Origin: Eledone cirrhosa
Taxonomy: Eukaryota
DNA length: 64,000 nt
Assembly: GCA_964016885.1 (NCBI GenBank)
Contig: OZ024742.1
Coordinates: forward strand, 312,542,001 to 312,606,000
Direction: 5' to 3'
Positions 1 through 13,849 of the stretch are shown here, piece by piece. How positions within the stretch are numbered: position 1 is the first letter of the stretch; each line of letters begins with the position of its first letter. The notes beneath the pieces are model-generated. The model was not told the DNA's origin, ran no database searches, and was given only the letters and a program-made list of their open reading frames with translations. The translations under genes and the position numbers were made by a program.

Positions 1-98
1 AGGACCCACCCGTACTTAGGGATTAATTGTGTCTTGCATAATCAAAAGCTGGATGATGATGAAGAGGAGGAGGATGCATGAAAAGCATGGAAGGACAG

Positions 99-320
99 AG
101 AGAAAAACTAAGTATCAGAGGAATCAAATAAGGTGTGCAACAAAAAAGACTGTGCTGGAATGAACATATGATGCATATAGTTGATGACTGTAAAGAGTAA
201 AGAAGTGCCAGAGGTTCTCAGTGGAAGAAAGCTGCAGTAGAGGAAGACTAAGAAAGATTTGGGTGGATTTCAGAACACTAAACTTGATAGAGATGACAAT
301 GGAATGCATAGATGGAGGAA
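99..320 (+). mobile_element. Old, degenerate RTE LINE 3' ORF fragment
   Basis: Translates with stops/frameshifts to REKLSIRGIK*GVQQKRLCW..HMM..VEESCSRGRLRKIW, collinear with RERLSIRGIKCCVQERRLRWYGHVM..GRPKMTW of the copy at 42972-43421. Confidence 0.8.
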
Positions 321-458
321 AGCTGTCTGTGCTGGAAAAAAAAATGCAAGCATGGAAGAGCAGACATAAAAAGATGGTGGTGGTGATGATAAGCAGCAGT
401 AGAAAGCCATCAGTCAATAACAGAAATAATCCAATAATTCATAGCTAGATTAACTTAA

Positions 459-705
459 CCCTTTTGATACCAGCCTACCTGGGGCTGTTTTGTTTTATGA
501 TACAAATCTGGCCATTTTAAAGTATTTTATGTAAATTTAAAACCTGCTCAAGAACATTCTGTTATGTAATGTTCCAATCAAGCAGCTTCAAAATGGAGTA
601 ATGAGTTATTTTATTAAACCCTTCATAATCCCATATTAACTTTTTTTTAAAATTAACTGAAACACTTAGAGCATGTATTACATTAGAAATATAATCATGA
701 AAGGG
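459..705. mobile_element. TTAA-flanked MITE, family P2 (piggyBac-type ends)
   Basis: TTAA|CCCTTTTGAT...ATGAAAGGG|TTAA; related copies at ~6090-6485, ~7337-7616, ~11410-11590, 59783-60032. Confidence 0.65.
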
Positions 706-1399
706 TTAATATTTCATTTTCTTAATAAATTCAAGAGGCAGGACAGCACCCTTGAATCATTTCAGAGCTTCTGAGACTTGGGAGAGGAGTGGGAGGGGGA
801 TATTTTCAAGCTGGAGAAATGACCAGAATGGTTGCAACAGAAAGAACTTTGTTAATAGCATCCAAGTAACCAAATAGGTGTATTAAGCCTGATAAAATGA
901 ACCTATTATCAAAGGTATTCCAACAATGACAAACATCCCATTTTTCCCTCGGGCATTGTTTATTTCAGTGTGACTTTTCGAAAATGATAAAGTGTGATTT
1001 TAAGAAAATTTGGCTGCTATTTCTAGCAGGTTGAGTGACCTGCATAGAGCTTTCTCTTTCTCTCTCATATCCTGTAACGATCTAGCAGAAAATATCTAAA
1101 TGTCATTATGTCATTTTGTCATCATCATCATTTAACGTCTATTTTCCACGCTAGCATGGGTTAGACAGGTTTGTTAAAGACACAACATTAGTTAATAATT
1201 TTGCTAACCTGGTTTGGTCTTTGCAGTAGCAATAAATTAAATAAATAAATAACTATAGAAATACGAAGAAGACATACTTCAGAGGATTCCAATCACTTAA
1301 AACAAGGACTAAATAGGACAAAGCCACATGAAGTGTTTCATGAATATTTCTCAAGTAGGTTTGGTATATTAGTGGTGGACAGTGAACACAGAGTGGTAA

Positions 1400-2300
1400 T
1401 GGTGGTAGAGGGGACATGAGTAAAGGGGAGAGAGAGTACTAGAGGTAAAGGGAGTGAGAGGGAGACATACCAGAGCAAGGGGAGAGAGGGAGAGAGAGTG
1501 GGGGAGAGAGAGGGAGAGAGAGTGGGGAGAGAGGGAGAGAGAGTGGGGAGAGAGGGAGAGAGAGGGAGAGAGAGTGGGGAGAGAGTGGGGAGAGAGGAAG
1601 AGAGTGGGGAAGGAGAGAGGAAGAGAGTGGGGAAGGAGAGAGGAAGAGAGTGGGGAAGGAGAGAGGAAGAGAGTGGGGAAGGAGAGAGGAAGAGAGTGGG
1701 GAAGGAGAGAGGAAGAGAGTGGGGAGAGAGGAAGAGAGTGGGGAGAGAGGAAGAGGGTGGGGAGAGAGGAAGAGAGTGGGGAGAGAGGAAGAGAGTGGGG
1801 AGAGAGGAAGAGAGGAAGGGAGAGAGTGGGAAGAGAGAGGGAGAGAGAGTGGGAAGAGAGAGGGGGAGAGAGTGGGGAGAGAGGGAGAGAGTGGGAAGAG
1901 AGGGAGAGAGAGAGAGTGGGGAGAGAGGAAGAGTGGGGAAAGAGGAAGAGAGAGTGGGGAAAGAGGAAGAGAGAGTGGGGAAAGAGGAAGAGAGAGTGGG
2001 GAAAGAGGAAGAGAGAGTGGGGAAAGAGGAAGAGAGAGTGGGGAAAGAGGAAAAGAGAGTGGGGAAAGAGGGAGACCAGAGTGAGGAGAGAAACCATGAG
2101 GGAGAGAGAGAGAAACCATGAGGGAGAGAGAGGGAGACCAGAGTGAGGAGAGAAACCATGAGGGAGAGAGAGGGAGACCAGAGTGAGGAGAAGAGAGAGA
2201 GACCAGAGTGAGGAGAAGAGAGAGAGACCAGAGTGAGGAGAAGAGAGAGAGACCAGAACAAGGGGGCGGGAGGAAGAGGGAAAGAGAGCAACCAGAGCAG
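1400..2300. repeat. Polypurine (GA-rich) minisatellite
   Basis: Evolving units including a 21-bp GGGGAAAGAGGAAGAGAGAGT repeated about six times at ~1934-2066; explains the overlapping S/L/P and E/R/G ORFs. Confidence 0.95.
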
Positions 2301-2935
2301 AGAGGAATCAAACAGCAGCAGCATCACCAACAATATTTAACATTTATCTTCCTTCCATCCTCTCTTGGGATGCCACTTAAAGACAATGAGACAAAGAGTA
2401 ACACAACTTTCACTATAGCTCTTGTGTATCATCAATACTTATTCAACAGACACCAACACTATAAAATTCATCCAAGAGGCTTCCCAGCATCCAGGGAATC
2501 CACTATGTAAGCTTTCCTCTGTAAATTCAACCTCTCTGGTTATCTAACTTGTTTCCTCCATTATGTGTGTGTGTATGTGTGTGCTGATTTGTGATTTGAA
2601 TGTACATAAAGTATAGGCATGTGTATACAACTTAATATAACATCATAACTATGTATATATACATGTACAAAAAGATAAACGTAAAGCATTTTATTAAATA
2701 AAGAACTTTACATTCTACATTCATATACAAATCATCATCATCATCACCGTTTTACGTCCGTTCTTCCACGCTAGGATGGGTTAGACGGGTTGTCCTGTTG
2801 TGGGCAGTGTCTGGTCGGCTGACCATGCCTTGTTCATACAGGAACTGATACGTATATATATCTACATAATAATCTACAAATGCGTATATATATCTACATA
2901 ATAATAAAAAAAAAGGTCAACGTGTTAAATTTTCA

Positions 2936-3036
2936 TTACATTTATTGAGGTGTGATGCGTTTCACGATTGATCAGCTCAAGGTTCAATCTGTATTGATCA
3001 GCCCCAACTCTGGAATTAAAAGCTCGTCGGACTTCT
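2936..3036 (-). ncRNA. Degenerate hammerhead-like element, family A
   Basis: Minus strand CCGACGA-(~60 nt)-GAAACGCATCACACCTC-AATAAA; homologous to 8192-8290. Confidence 0.4.
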
Positions 3037-4519
3037 ATTATTGTATCTACATATGAATATATACACTTTGATTACCTGTACAGGCAATATTCATTAGCAT
3101 GCTGTTGACGTGTATGTACATTGGGGGGGGGGGGGGGGGCACTGTATATATATACAATGTTTAACACAACTAAACCCTTTAAGGTTACATCATACGTATG
3201 CTTATATATATGTATATATATATATGTATCTTACATCATATCTTGTCCTGTTTCCATTTTATTGTTAGCTGTTCGTGTAGTCGCTTTGCTGTCCTAGTCA
3301 AAAGACACTCCCTGTCTCTACATTGTGTTTTTACTTTTATGCAGCTTCCTGTGACTTGTTCAAGCTGTCATGCAACCGTGGCACATTATGCAATAACACC
3401 CATTATGCACAAAATTGCATTGACCAAGGGTGGTTGAGAAGGAACTTAGATGTTCTTGTTCATTCTGGGTTTTTTTATATGTGCAAATTTGCTGCATGCG
3501 CGCACGCACACACACATTAAGTATTGTTATCAGCACACGTACACACACGCAAGATAATAGAATACTGTGTCAGAGCATGAATTGAACAGACTGCATGTGC
3601 ATTATATATTATAATGTACTTTCATAAACATGTGCTCATACAAATACATATGCACCATCATTCATGCACACAACAGAACTTAAATGCAAGTACTAACATT
3701 CATTCATATACAGCAATGCATTCATATGCGCACACACACAGAGAAATACAATCACGTACATGTTCACATGTATCCATATGCATGCAAAAATATACTGACA
3801 CAAATATAAGACTAAGTTCCATGTATAAATACACACACAAATACAGCAATTCATTCAAAATCACAGAGAGAGAGAGAGAAGTATAATCATATACATGCAC
3901 ACATAAATTAAAGTCGCACAAATGCAGCCACATGAATGTAAAAATATACTCCACAAATACACACACAGACACACACCAAATAGATTCATTCATAAAACAC
4001 AAACAAACAGTGCAATTCATTCTTGTCCACACTCAAATTCACACATACACACATGAATACACACAGTGAGAAATACAATCATATGCATGTACATGCAAAT
4101 TAAAATCATACAAATGCAGCAACACCGATTCAAAAACATACAAATACATAACCATGCACACACACACACATATATACGTAGATACACATACAGAAAGTGT
4201 GATTGAATAGTTGTTAGCTTGAGATAATAATAAGATGACAATAACATCTAGCTGAGTGTTGTCCCAACTGTCATAGACAGACCAACCAACATATCAACTG
4301 TTCTGTAGATGTCCATCAGCAAAGCTGCATGAAGTACACAGCATACTCCACCAAGGGACTCATTCAGGACGCTGTTATATGTTTACACAATACTCACTCA
4401 TTATCAGGCTTTCTAAAAACATCTACATTGACTAAAACAATAGTCATTATGATAGGGTGGTGGTGGGGGGGTAGTGGTAGTAGTAGTAGTGATGGCGGTG
4501 GTGATAATGATAATGGTAA

Positions 4520-4614
4520 TGATGGTGGTGTTGGTTTTGATGAAGGTGTTTGATGGTGGTGTTGGTTTTGATGAAGGTGTTTGATGGTGGTGTTGGTTTT
4601 GATGAAGGTGTTTG
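4520..4614. repeat. 31-bp tandem repeat x3 within a GGT/GAT low-complexity tract
   Basis: TGATGGTGGTGTTGGTTTTGATGAAGGTGTT three times. Confidence 0.9.
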
Positions 4615-5585
4615 TTAGTGGTGTTAGGTGATGATGATGATGATGATGGCGTTTGTTAGTGATAGTAGTGGTGATGGTGTTAGGTGGTGACAGTACTGTT
4701 TGTTAAAATTCATAATGATGGTGATGACAATAGTGATGGCCAGTAGTAGTAGAGTTAGTGATAGTAGTGACAATTAAAAGGACTGATAATTGTAAGTGGA
4801 GTTGCTGCAGATAGTTTTGATGGTGGTAATAATGGTGGTGGTGTGCAATGTGGTGAGTGTAATAATGGTGGTGGTGTGCAATGTGTAGTAATGGTGGTGG
4901 TGGTGGTGGTGGTGGTGACAAACAACACCAATACACAAAGCACAGGAAAGTGTCATGGCTAAGTGTGGGTTAACAGAAATATTAGACTACTATACACATG
5001 ATTTCAAATCTATTGAATGTAATCCTTTGTTCTTATACAGGGAAAATTTTATGTAAGAACTTTTATTAACTTGTACAGCAAACACCAGCTTAATAATTGA
5101 TTGAGATGAAAGAATGGAATGTAAAATAAGAAAATATTTTTTTTTAATGGAAAGGGAGGGGAAAGGCAAGGGTTAGTGTCATGGAAGATTTTTTTAATTC
5201 TTTTTCTATTAAATTGTTTTTACTATTATAAACATCAATTTACTACTGTAAATAAATTCTATTTCATATATGATTGATTATTTCCAATATTATTTCAAAA
5301 TCATAGGCAGTGTTTTTCATTAAAAAATATGGTAATGAAAGGGTTAATGAGAGCAAAGTCAGACCTGATAGGATTTGAAGAAAAATTGTACTACGCTTAC
5401 ACTAGACTGTTTGTCATCTCTCAACATTGATATATTTATTGAATATAAGTGAGAAACCTATTTGAGCCATGCCTACAGAATTAACCTTTCCATTTCTATA
5501 TCTCTAATGACAGACACTACAAATAATTTCGAAATAATCGAGAATTTAGTAATATAACTAACTTCAGTTTTTAGATAAATATAAA

Positions 5586-5801
5586 CACTTTAGCATTTAC
5601 ATTACTCTATATTTACTATTGTATTTTCATGGTAAACATTATTTCACATAAATATCTCACATAATATCGAATCTATGAGATTTTGATATTTATGTTGAGA
5701 ATAATACCTTAACACCAGTATGGGTGGCCAGTTATGGTCGGTTTTAACAGAAAGTGGTGAGAGAATTCTGGCCAGATACAGCCGGTTTAAATGCTAAAGG
5801 G
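5586..5801. mobile_element. MITE family P1 (piggyBac-type ends)
   Basis: CACTTTAGCATTTA...TAAATGCTAAAGGG termini; homologous to 61582-61788. Confidence 0.75.
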
Positions 5802-6226
5802 CTAAAATAAACAGTTTTATATTATGAAATCAGGGACAGTTTCGAGTGATTTGTGTGATTCTTTTTTTTATCACCCCACAAACAAAAAGAGGGGAGTCGT
5901 TATAGATGTCAAAATATTGAAATATTCAAGAAATTTGGGATAGTTCTGTGATCCATTGAAAAGTGTATAATGACCCCAGTAACTAAAGAGCAGAGAATTT
6001 CAGTAATTAAGCTAACATAATAATTCAAACATACCAGTTGAAGAGTGTATAATTTAGTTAAGGTGATGTTTTTTTTTTAAGTGTTGATCTGGCTCTATGA
6101 AACAAAATCAACCATTCATTTTAACAGGGTCCTACTTAATTTAAGACCTTCCAACCTTTTTATGTTATAAATACCATCTTAGTAATGAAATAATAATTTA
6201 GTAAATCCTTCCAAATTCTTCATTAA

Positions 6227-6430
6227 CTCATTAGCATTTAAACGAGTTATAATTCTCTCACCTCTGTTCAAACTGGCTGTAACTGGCCATTCATACTATT
6301 GTTAAGGTATTTATTGTTCTCAAAATAAATAATATCAAAATCTCATAGATTCAATATTGAGATAATTATGTGAGGTGAAGCCTTTACTGTGAAAATACAA
6401 TAAATATGGAGTAATGTAAATGCTAAAGGG
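6227..6430. mobile_element. MITE family P1, opposite orientation, nested at a TTAA inside a P2 copy
   Basis: TTAA at 6223-6226 and 6431-6434; the flanks join to give P2 sequence. Confidence 0.75.
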
Positions 6431-8191
6431 TTAATTGAATAAAATACAGTGTATGTCATTAGAAATATATTAATAAAAGAATTAATACTTTCGTGTATGT
6501 GAAGAACAGTTGTTTTTGTACCATAGCTACCACAACTTCATCTAACCAACTTTGGTTAACATAATAGACAAAACCAATGTTGGAATATTGAAACCAAGAG
6601 AGTATTCTGGATAGTTTAATTAGGGCTGACACCTGTGGAAAATAATTAGTTTTTTCCAGTCTTATAAACTTGCATACAACATCACATCACAATTGCATGA
6701 ATTAGTATAGGAAAAGAAGTAGTTGTTGGCAAACTGTGCCTGCAAATTTGTTCCAATTCCCAATTGTAGCCATTCCATCTTAGTTACACCGCTTGTGTTT
6801 CCTTCGCTTTGAAGACAATTGAAATGGTGAAAAATGATAAGCAACTAACAAGCAGGAGACTAATAACATTTGTACATGTCACTGTATTTTCATCTTTATT
6901 TTGCAATCCAATAAAGATATTTCATCTTTATTTTGCAATCCAATAAAGATATTTCATTTTATGTGACTCAAAGTCATGTTTGGTTTTGGTTTTGATTTTA
7001 CCATAGAGGAAGGTAGGAATGTTTGTATGATTAAAAAGTTTGAAATCATGTAGTTCCAGCATGGCACCATGTGCAAATATTTTCTACCATAAATATAACA
7101 TCAGGGTGATTAATATCAAAGCCTTATGACTGGAATTTGTGAGATAGAAACTATGTAGGAGCCCATGTGTCTTTTGCTAATGTACACTGGGGAAAACTTA
7201 ACCATCTACTATTATAAAAAAATAAAAACAAAAAGGTAGTACTTTCAAATAAAAAAAACCCACCTAATATTTGTTTAGCCAAACATTCTATTTTTAATGG
7301 CAACACTTAAGGGTCTCCAGAAGCTGGGGGTGAAAGCTATTCTTTGACCAGAAACCTGCCTAAATACTTGCAACAGATTCTTCTAAAATCCCTTTTGATA
7401 TAAAAACCCCTGAAACTCCTGGTTGTATGATACAAATCTGTTTCAAAGTATTTATATTTATCTAAGTCTTCCATAATTTTATGATGTAAAAAGGCTTCAT
7501 ATTTCACACAACAGATAAATAATGACAAAATGAGTTATATTACTGAAAACCTTTTCAAAAATTAATTGAATATCAGTCAGTAAATTTCATTAGATATGCG
7601 GTAACGAAAAGGTTAAATTCAATGCTTTTCGTACCAACTTAGTCTGGTTTTATGATACACATATGCTCATTTTAAAATGTTAATGCTTATATTAAAACCT
7701 TCCATCATATTTAAGAGAGTAATGTTTCAAACATCAGTTTATTAATGAAAATATTAACTATTTATTAAATTTCTCCAAATTTTCAAAATTAGTTGATACA
7801 CATATCTTCAGCTATAAACTACTCATGTTGATCTTGTGAGTCAACATATATATAATAAATCATAATGGTGAAGTGCAAACATTAGTAGCATTGAGTGCTC
7901 AAACTGGTGAACCATCAGTAAGTAAACATTACAGACCATACATTATATGTGGGGGGGGGGGTGAAAGGAGTACTCAATACTGATATTCATTTATATATAT
8001 ATATAAATAATTACAACAGTGGCATAAACAGGTACTCAAGTTTCGTTGGGTTCTGGGCCCCAATTTCTTCAGCCTGTCATGGGAAAAATGGAAAACCAAG
8101 TGTTTTAATATTCAATTATGTATATATATAAATGAACATTAAAACTCTACTTCAGTATTGAGTATTCCTTTCCTTCTGTCATTACCACAGC

Positions 8192-8290
8192 AGAGGTCCA
8201 ATGACTTTTTGATTCCAGAGTTGGGCCAGATCAATACAGATTGAACCTTGAGCTGATCAATAGCGAAACGTGTGTCACTAATCAATAAAT
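8192..8290 (+). ncRNA. Degenerate hammerhead-like element, family A
   Basis: GAGGT-CCAATGA-(long stem II region)-GAAACGTGTGTC..AATAAA; homologous to the reverse complement of 2936-3036. Confidence 0.4.
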
Positions 8291-8325
8291 GTAATGAAGG
8301 CTTAACAAATCGTCCTTTTACTATC

Positions 8326-8392
<67 letters not shown>

Positions 8393-8792
8393 AAGAGAGA
8401 GAGAGAGGGGGGGGGGGGAGAGAGAGGGGAGAAAGAGATGGGGAAGAAAGAGAGAAAGAGAGAGAGGGGAGAAAGAGATGGGGAAGAAAGAGAGAGAGAG
8501 AGAGAGAGGGGAGAAAGAGATGGGGAAGAAAGAGAGAAAGAGAGAGAGCGCAATTACGCATGGGAGAATGGTTTTAGTCATTGAAAATCCCAGTGTGGCC
8601 AGATAACAGATGGATGGATGGAAATTTTGACACCACGAAATAAATAATAGTGTGTGTATATATGCCCATGTATATATCTGCATTTATATATCATAGTTTA
8701 GCAGTTTGACAAAGGGATTGATAAAATATATATGAAACTTGAAAAAAGTAATCCGTTTAAAGTGGTGCATGCCTCAGTATAGACATTATAAA

Positions 8793-8975
8793 ATAATTGT
8801 TTCTACTTTAGGCACAAGGTCAGCAATTTTGGGAAGGGGAAAGTCGATTAAATCGACCCCAGTGCATTACTGGTGCTTTATTTTATCGACCCTGTAAGGA
8901 TGAAAAACAAAGCTAACCTCGGTGAGATTTGAACTCAGACCGTAAAGGGCCATAACTCTATATTGCCAATCCACC
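8793..8975 (-). mobile_element. tRNA-derived SINE family S1 (CORE-like body)
   Basis: Minus strand B-box GAGTTCAAATC and body GCTTTTTCATCCTTACAGGGTCGATAAAATAAAG-like; more than 12 copies in the window. Confidence 0.8.
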
Positions 8976-10384
8976 TGAATAAATAAAATAATAGATTCCA
9001 AAAAGGAGGGACCTAACAACACAGGCGCAAAACAGACATGTATACAGGTAAAGTTGAAGATGCTTTAACAGCAACCATCTTGAAACCCGTCCAGATTTTA
9101 TGCTACAAAACTGCCCCTTTTAATGTGTTTGTATTTATATTAAAACCTTTCATCATAATTATATTATTTAGAAATTTACAGCTCACCACACCCATGAACT
9201 AAAATGTTTATTTCTTACATAGATACATACACTTAATTAAACACATACACTCACATAAATACATACACATATGTGTGTGTGCTGTTCTGTTCTATTCCAA
9301 GGCTCACTCTCATCAATACTGTCTTGTTAGTTCTACAACTTTCCTCCTCCTCCTCCACCACCACCAGAACCCACACCCAACACCTACACCACCAACAGCT
9401 TGCCACACAGGAACACAGGAAGGAAATAAATAAAAATGGACAGAAAACAAAAAGGAAGGATTTTGTTATCATCATCATTTCACTGCTGGCAATGCTTGGA
9501 TGGGTCAGGCTGGGGTTGTCAGACCAAGCCAGTACTTATCTATTTACTGTTATTAGTAGTAGTAGTATTATTATTAAAGTGAACCAGTAAGAGAAACTGA
9601 GAATGGTCTTATAAGATAAAGATAACAACAAGCTGATGCTAAGGCAAGAAGACATGTCCAGGAAGCCTGCCATAGTTCAACAAGAACACTGTGAGTAGTG
9701 ACTGTAATGGTGGTGGTAGTAGTAGTAGTAGTTGTTGTTGGCATAGTGGGTGAGTAATATGATGGTGGCAATTGTGGTAGTGGTAGTAGCAATAGTGGAG
9801 ATGGTGGTAATGGCAATGATAGTGGTGGTGGTTATAGAAGAGAAATGAGCAAAGTTGAAGGAGATGGCTAAAGAAAGTGAAATCAATAAAAACTCATTTA
9901 TTTCAGCCAGGTTATGAGGCTTGGTGCTTTGGCTATTTATCCAACAGTCACTATTAACTATTACTTCTTCAACTCCTTTTACAATGACTAGACAACACAC
10001 ACACAGATTTTATCTAGAACTCTTTCATCTTAACTTAGCAGTATATTTAAACAATGCCCTTTAGACAAGTGCTTATCAACTTTTATTTACCTATCCGACC
10101 CCTTTCATTCCAATTTTACTCTGGCAGATCTTCCGCACCCCGCTAAGCCATTTCGATGTTTTAAAAAATCCTATTACATTTTTATAATTAAATATTATTA
10201 GGAATTGTTAAAATATCTTGTGTATTGTAGAAATATGAGTGGTTTATTGCACAGAAACTTTAACTAAATTCTATGGAAAATGAAAGTTCACTAGTAAAAT
10301 AAGTTATAAATGCAGTGAGTATCTCGTTGTAATCAGTGAGTATACGCTATTTTTCTATTTTTCGTCACCGCAGAATAAAGCAAA

Positions 10385-11073
10385 ACTGTAAAGTGGTCGT
10401 GTAGGTGTCACGGCAAAAAACACCAAGCCCACACTGTAAAGTGGTTATGTAGGTGTCACGTCAAAAGGCACCCAGCCCACACTGTTAAGTGGTTTACGTA
10501 GGTCTCACGACAAAAAGCGCCCAGCCTACACTGTTAAGTAGTTATGTAGGTGTCACGACAAAAAGCACCCAGCCCACACTGAAGTAGCTATGTAGGTGTC
10601 ACGACAAAAAACACGAAGCCCACACTGCAAAGTGGTTATGTAGGTGTCACGTCAAAAAGCACCCAGCCCACACTGTGAAGTAGTTATGTAAGTGCCACGA
10701 CAAAATGCACTCAGCATACATTGTAAAGTGGTTGTGTAGGTGTCACGACAAAAAAGCACCCAGCATACATTGTAAAGTGGTCATGTAGGTTGTCACGACA
10801 AAAAAAAGCACCCAGCATACATTGTAAAGTAGTCATATAGGTGTCACGACAAAAGGCACCCAGTCCACTCTGTAAAGTGGTCGTGTAGGTATCATGACAA
10901 AAAGCATCCAGCCTATACTGTAAATGTGGTTTGGGAAGTGCATCCATCTGTACAAACCAAGCCAAAATCAGTTCTGTGTGAGCAAAACACAGTCACCCGA
11001 CCCAATTTGTCTCACAACGGGACAACTTGTCTAACCCATGCTAGCTTGGAAAATGAACAACGACGATGATGAT
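10385..11073 (+). mobile_element. RTE 3' UTR fragment with ~12 tandem copies of a ~48-bp unit
   Basis: Unit ACTGTAAAGTGGTTATGTAGGTGTCACGACAAAAAGCACCCAGCCCAC also occurs in the RTE 3' UTR at 43455-43555; ends in AACCCATGCTAGC...(GAT)n. Confidence 0.85.
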
Positions 11074-11599
11074 AAAATAGGTTTCTTTCTCTAATGCTTA
11101 AGGAAGCATGAACAAAAATAAGCGCTGGGGTTTAATATGATCGGCTATATCATTCGAAGGTGGTAACCCAGTGTGGCCGCAATATAATGTTTGAAATATA
11201 ATTTGTCAAAGAATTTAGTTTGCTACCCAACCACCAAATAGCATATGATTCCTTATTGGAATTCTCCATTTTTTTTTTTTATTTCCATCGTTTTTCACTA
11301 ATTCAACCATAGTTGACTTCCGCCACCCAAATAAATATATGTACATTACTTGATAGACTAACCAATTACAATTGACTAAAATATTTCAAAACTCTTGATA
11401 TTATATCGCCTTAAAACACCACTAGTTCTATTATGATACAAAGCTCATTGTTTTAAAGTGTTTATCTAAAAACCTTTGATTTTATGTGGTGCTCCAAACA
11501 CTAAATGATGAGGAAGTTCGCTACACTCCTCCAAATTCTTGATTAGGTTTAACATTATTTGAAAAAGTTTGTTTTTGTTAGAAATTATAGTATACATAC

Positions 11600-11990
11600 A
11601 TGGTGGCTGCCAACTCGTTTTCGAGTACGGCCACTACTTTATATCCATGTAGGAGAACCCCTACCGATGCGCTGAACGAGTGTGGCTTTTTAGTCCAGCC
11701 AGCGACTTGAAAACTCTGGTACAAACACTACACACAGTGCTGGGCCCATGGTACCATGTGACGACAAGTGCAGAGAGATCTCCAGATATAAAGCAATGCC
11801 TGTGCCGTGAAGCTTTTATAGTGAGCAAAGGCACTGCACAAAGCCAGTCCCACTCTCTTAACCAAGATGATATTTACCAAAAAGAAGAAGAAGTCAACAT
11901 CATTGGATACCATCAGGGTTGCAGGTGTTATATCAGAGTTTTCCTTCTCCTAGAATTCTGCCTTGACAAAGGCTAAAGGATCATCTCTCT
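11600..11990. mobile_element. Interspersed repeat next to (CATA)n, copy 1
   Basis: Near-identical to 19615-20025; both adjoin CATA microsatellite at the left end. Confidence 0.8.
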
Positions 11991-12002
11991 CGGATACATA
12001 CA

Positions 12003-12033
<31 letters not shown>

Positions 12034-12067
12034 CATCATCATCGTTTTACGTCCGTTCTTCTACGCT

Positions 12068-12115
<48 letters not shown>

Positions 12116-13110
12116 AACACTAAGTTCAAAAGGCATTATTTTGGCCATAAGTCAAGTTCCGCTAAAGTCATTCGCCACGTAACGGCCCACAAACAAAATA
12201 TGTCGATTCAATTATTTCTTTTCACTCGCAATCAGACGTTTCTTTTTAGGCTTTCATCCTTTACAGGGTAATAAAATAAAGTACCAGTAATGTACTGGGT
12301 GATTGCTCGCCTTGTGCCAAAAAGTAGAAACAATTATGTATGGTTAGATTGAAAAAAAATTATTTCTTCTGAGTAAGATATAAAGTCAATTTTTCATGGT
12401 AGGCAAAATATTATGAATCGGCTATGTACAACCCTAGAAGGATGCCAAACAAATTGGAAATCATCTGGATTTGAACGTAAAGTTGCGATATCTCTCGCAG
12501 ATTAATCTATAAAGCCCACCACCACCACTACTACTACTACTACTTTAGTGTTAGAAATAAGAGATGCCCAGTTTGTGGTCTGGAACGTAGGAGGACGAAC
12601 AGGGCAATCAGTTGGTTTAATAAATCTAAAACACGAAGCGGGGAAAAATTACATATAATACAAGTACACACACGTACTCAGTCTGAATTAACTTATATAT
12701 ACAATTAGATGCGGCGTAAAATATACTTGAAAACACATGCGCGTGCGGATATACGCAAGTGGCGAAACATATTCTCTTTAAAAGCATCTTTCCGGTGGGT
12801 ATGGAGTGGAACATTAAGATTATATATATATATATATTATATTGCATTGTATTGCTGCTGTTGACTTGCACGGACATAAGAGCAGTCAGAGAAAGCGGCT
12901 GAATTCAGAGAGAAAAAAGGGGCGGAGACATTGCGATCGACTGGTGGTGGAAGGAGATGAGAAGGGGAGAGAAAGTGATGAGCTTTGAGACAATAAAAAA
13001 GGGGGAGGGGGATTGAGTATAGAAAAAAAAAGGAAGCAGTGACTAGATTGAAGCAGAGTGGGGAGAGAACAAGATACGTTCATAACGAGATCGAAGCACG
13101 GAAATAAATA

Positions 13111-13151
<41 letters not shown>

Positions 13152-13418
13152 GATGGCGAAGAACGGATTGTGATGACGAGTAAGATGGATATGGTGATCA
13201 AAAGAGAGAGAGAGGGGGGGGGGAGCAAGAGTTCAGGATGATCGAAGGACAGTGAGCGAGATATATAATAATCGAAGCTGGAGATGGGGGGATAGTAACC
13301 AAAAGCTAGGAGACATGGTGTGATAGAAAGCAGGAGATGCAACGTGGTAAACGAGATAAAGGGGTCTGGTAATGAAGAGTGGACAATATATAGAAACAAA
13401 AAACAAAAAAAAAGTCTC

Positions 13419-13502
<84 letters not shown>

Positions 13503-13765
13503 CTAAGACAAATGAGAAAAACCTACCCACCCCAACAAAAAATGGAGGCTAGTAGCGAAAGCTATGTGAAAATGCAGAGAAAAATGATAAAGATGATCGA
13601 TAGACAGAATTTACAGACTAGGAGAAACTGCCGAGAAATGAACAGACAGGAGAAGTAGTAACATGAGAGAGGCAAGCGAGACAGAATCCTCACTGGAGGT
13701 GTTGTTGTTATACTCTCAGCATCAGTGCGATAACAAAAAACCAGCTGGTTGCATATTTTTTGTTA

Positions 13766-13801
<36 letters not shown>

Positions 13802-13849
13802 CACAGAGAGAAGATTAAAAATAATATTATATAAAAAAGAAGGAAGAAA

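Noticed and set aside
1338-2333. S/L/P- and E/R/G-rich ORFs
   Set aside because: GA minisatellite open in all six frames.
10385-10930. CRISPR-like array
   Set aside because: Units are contiguous with no unique spacers, derive from the RTE 3' UTR, and there are no cas genes; eukaryotic context.
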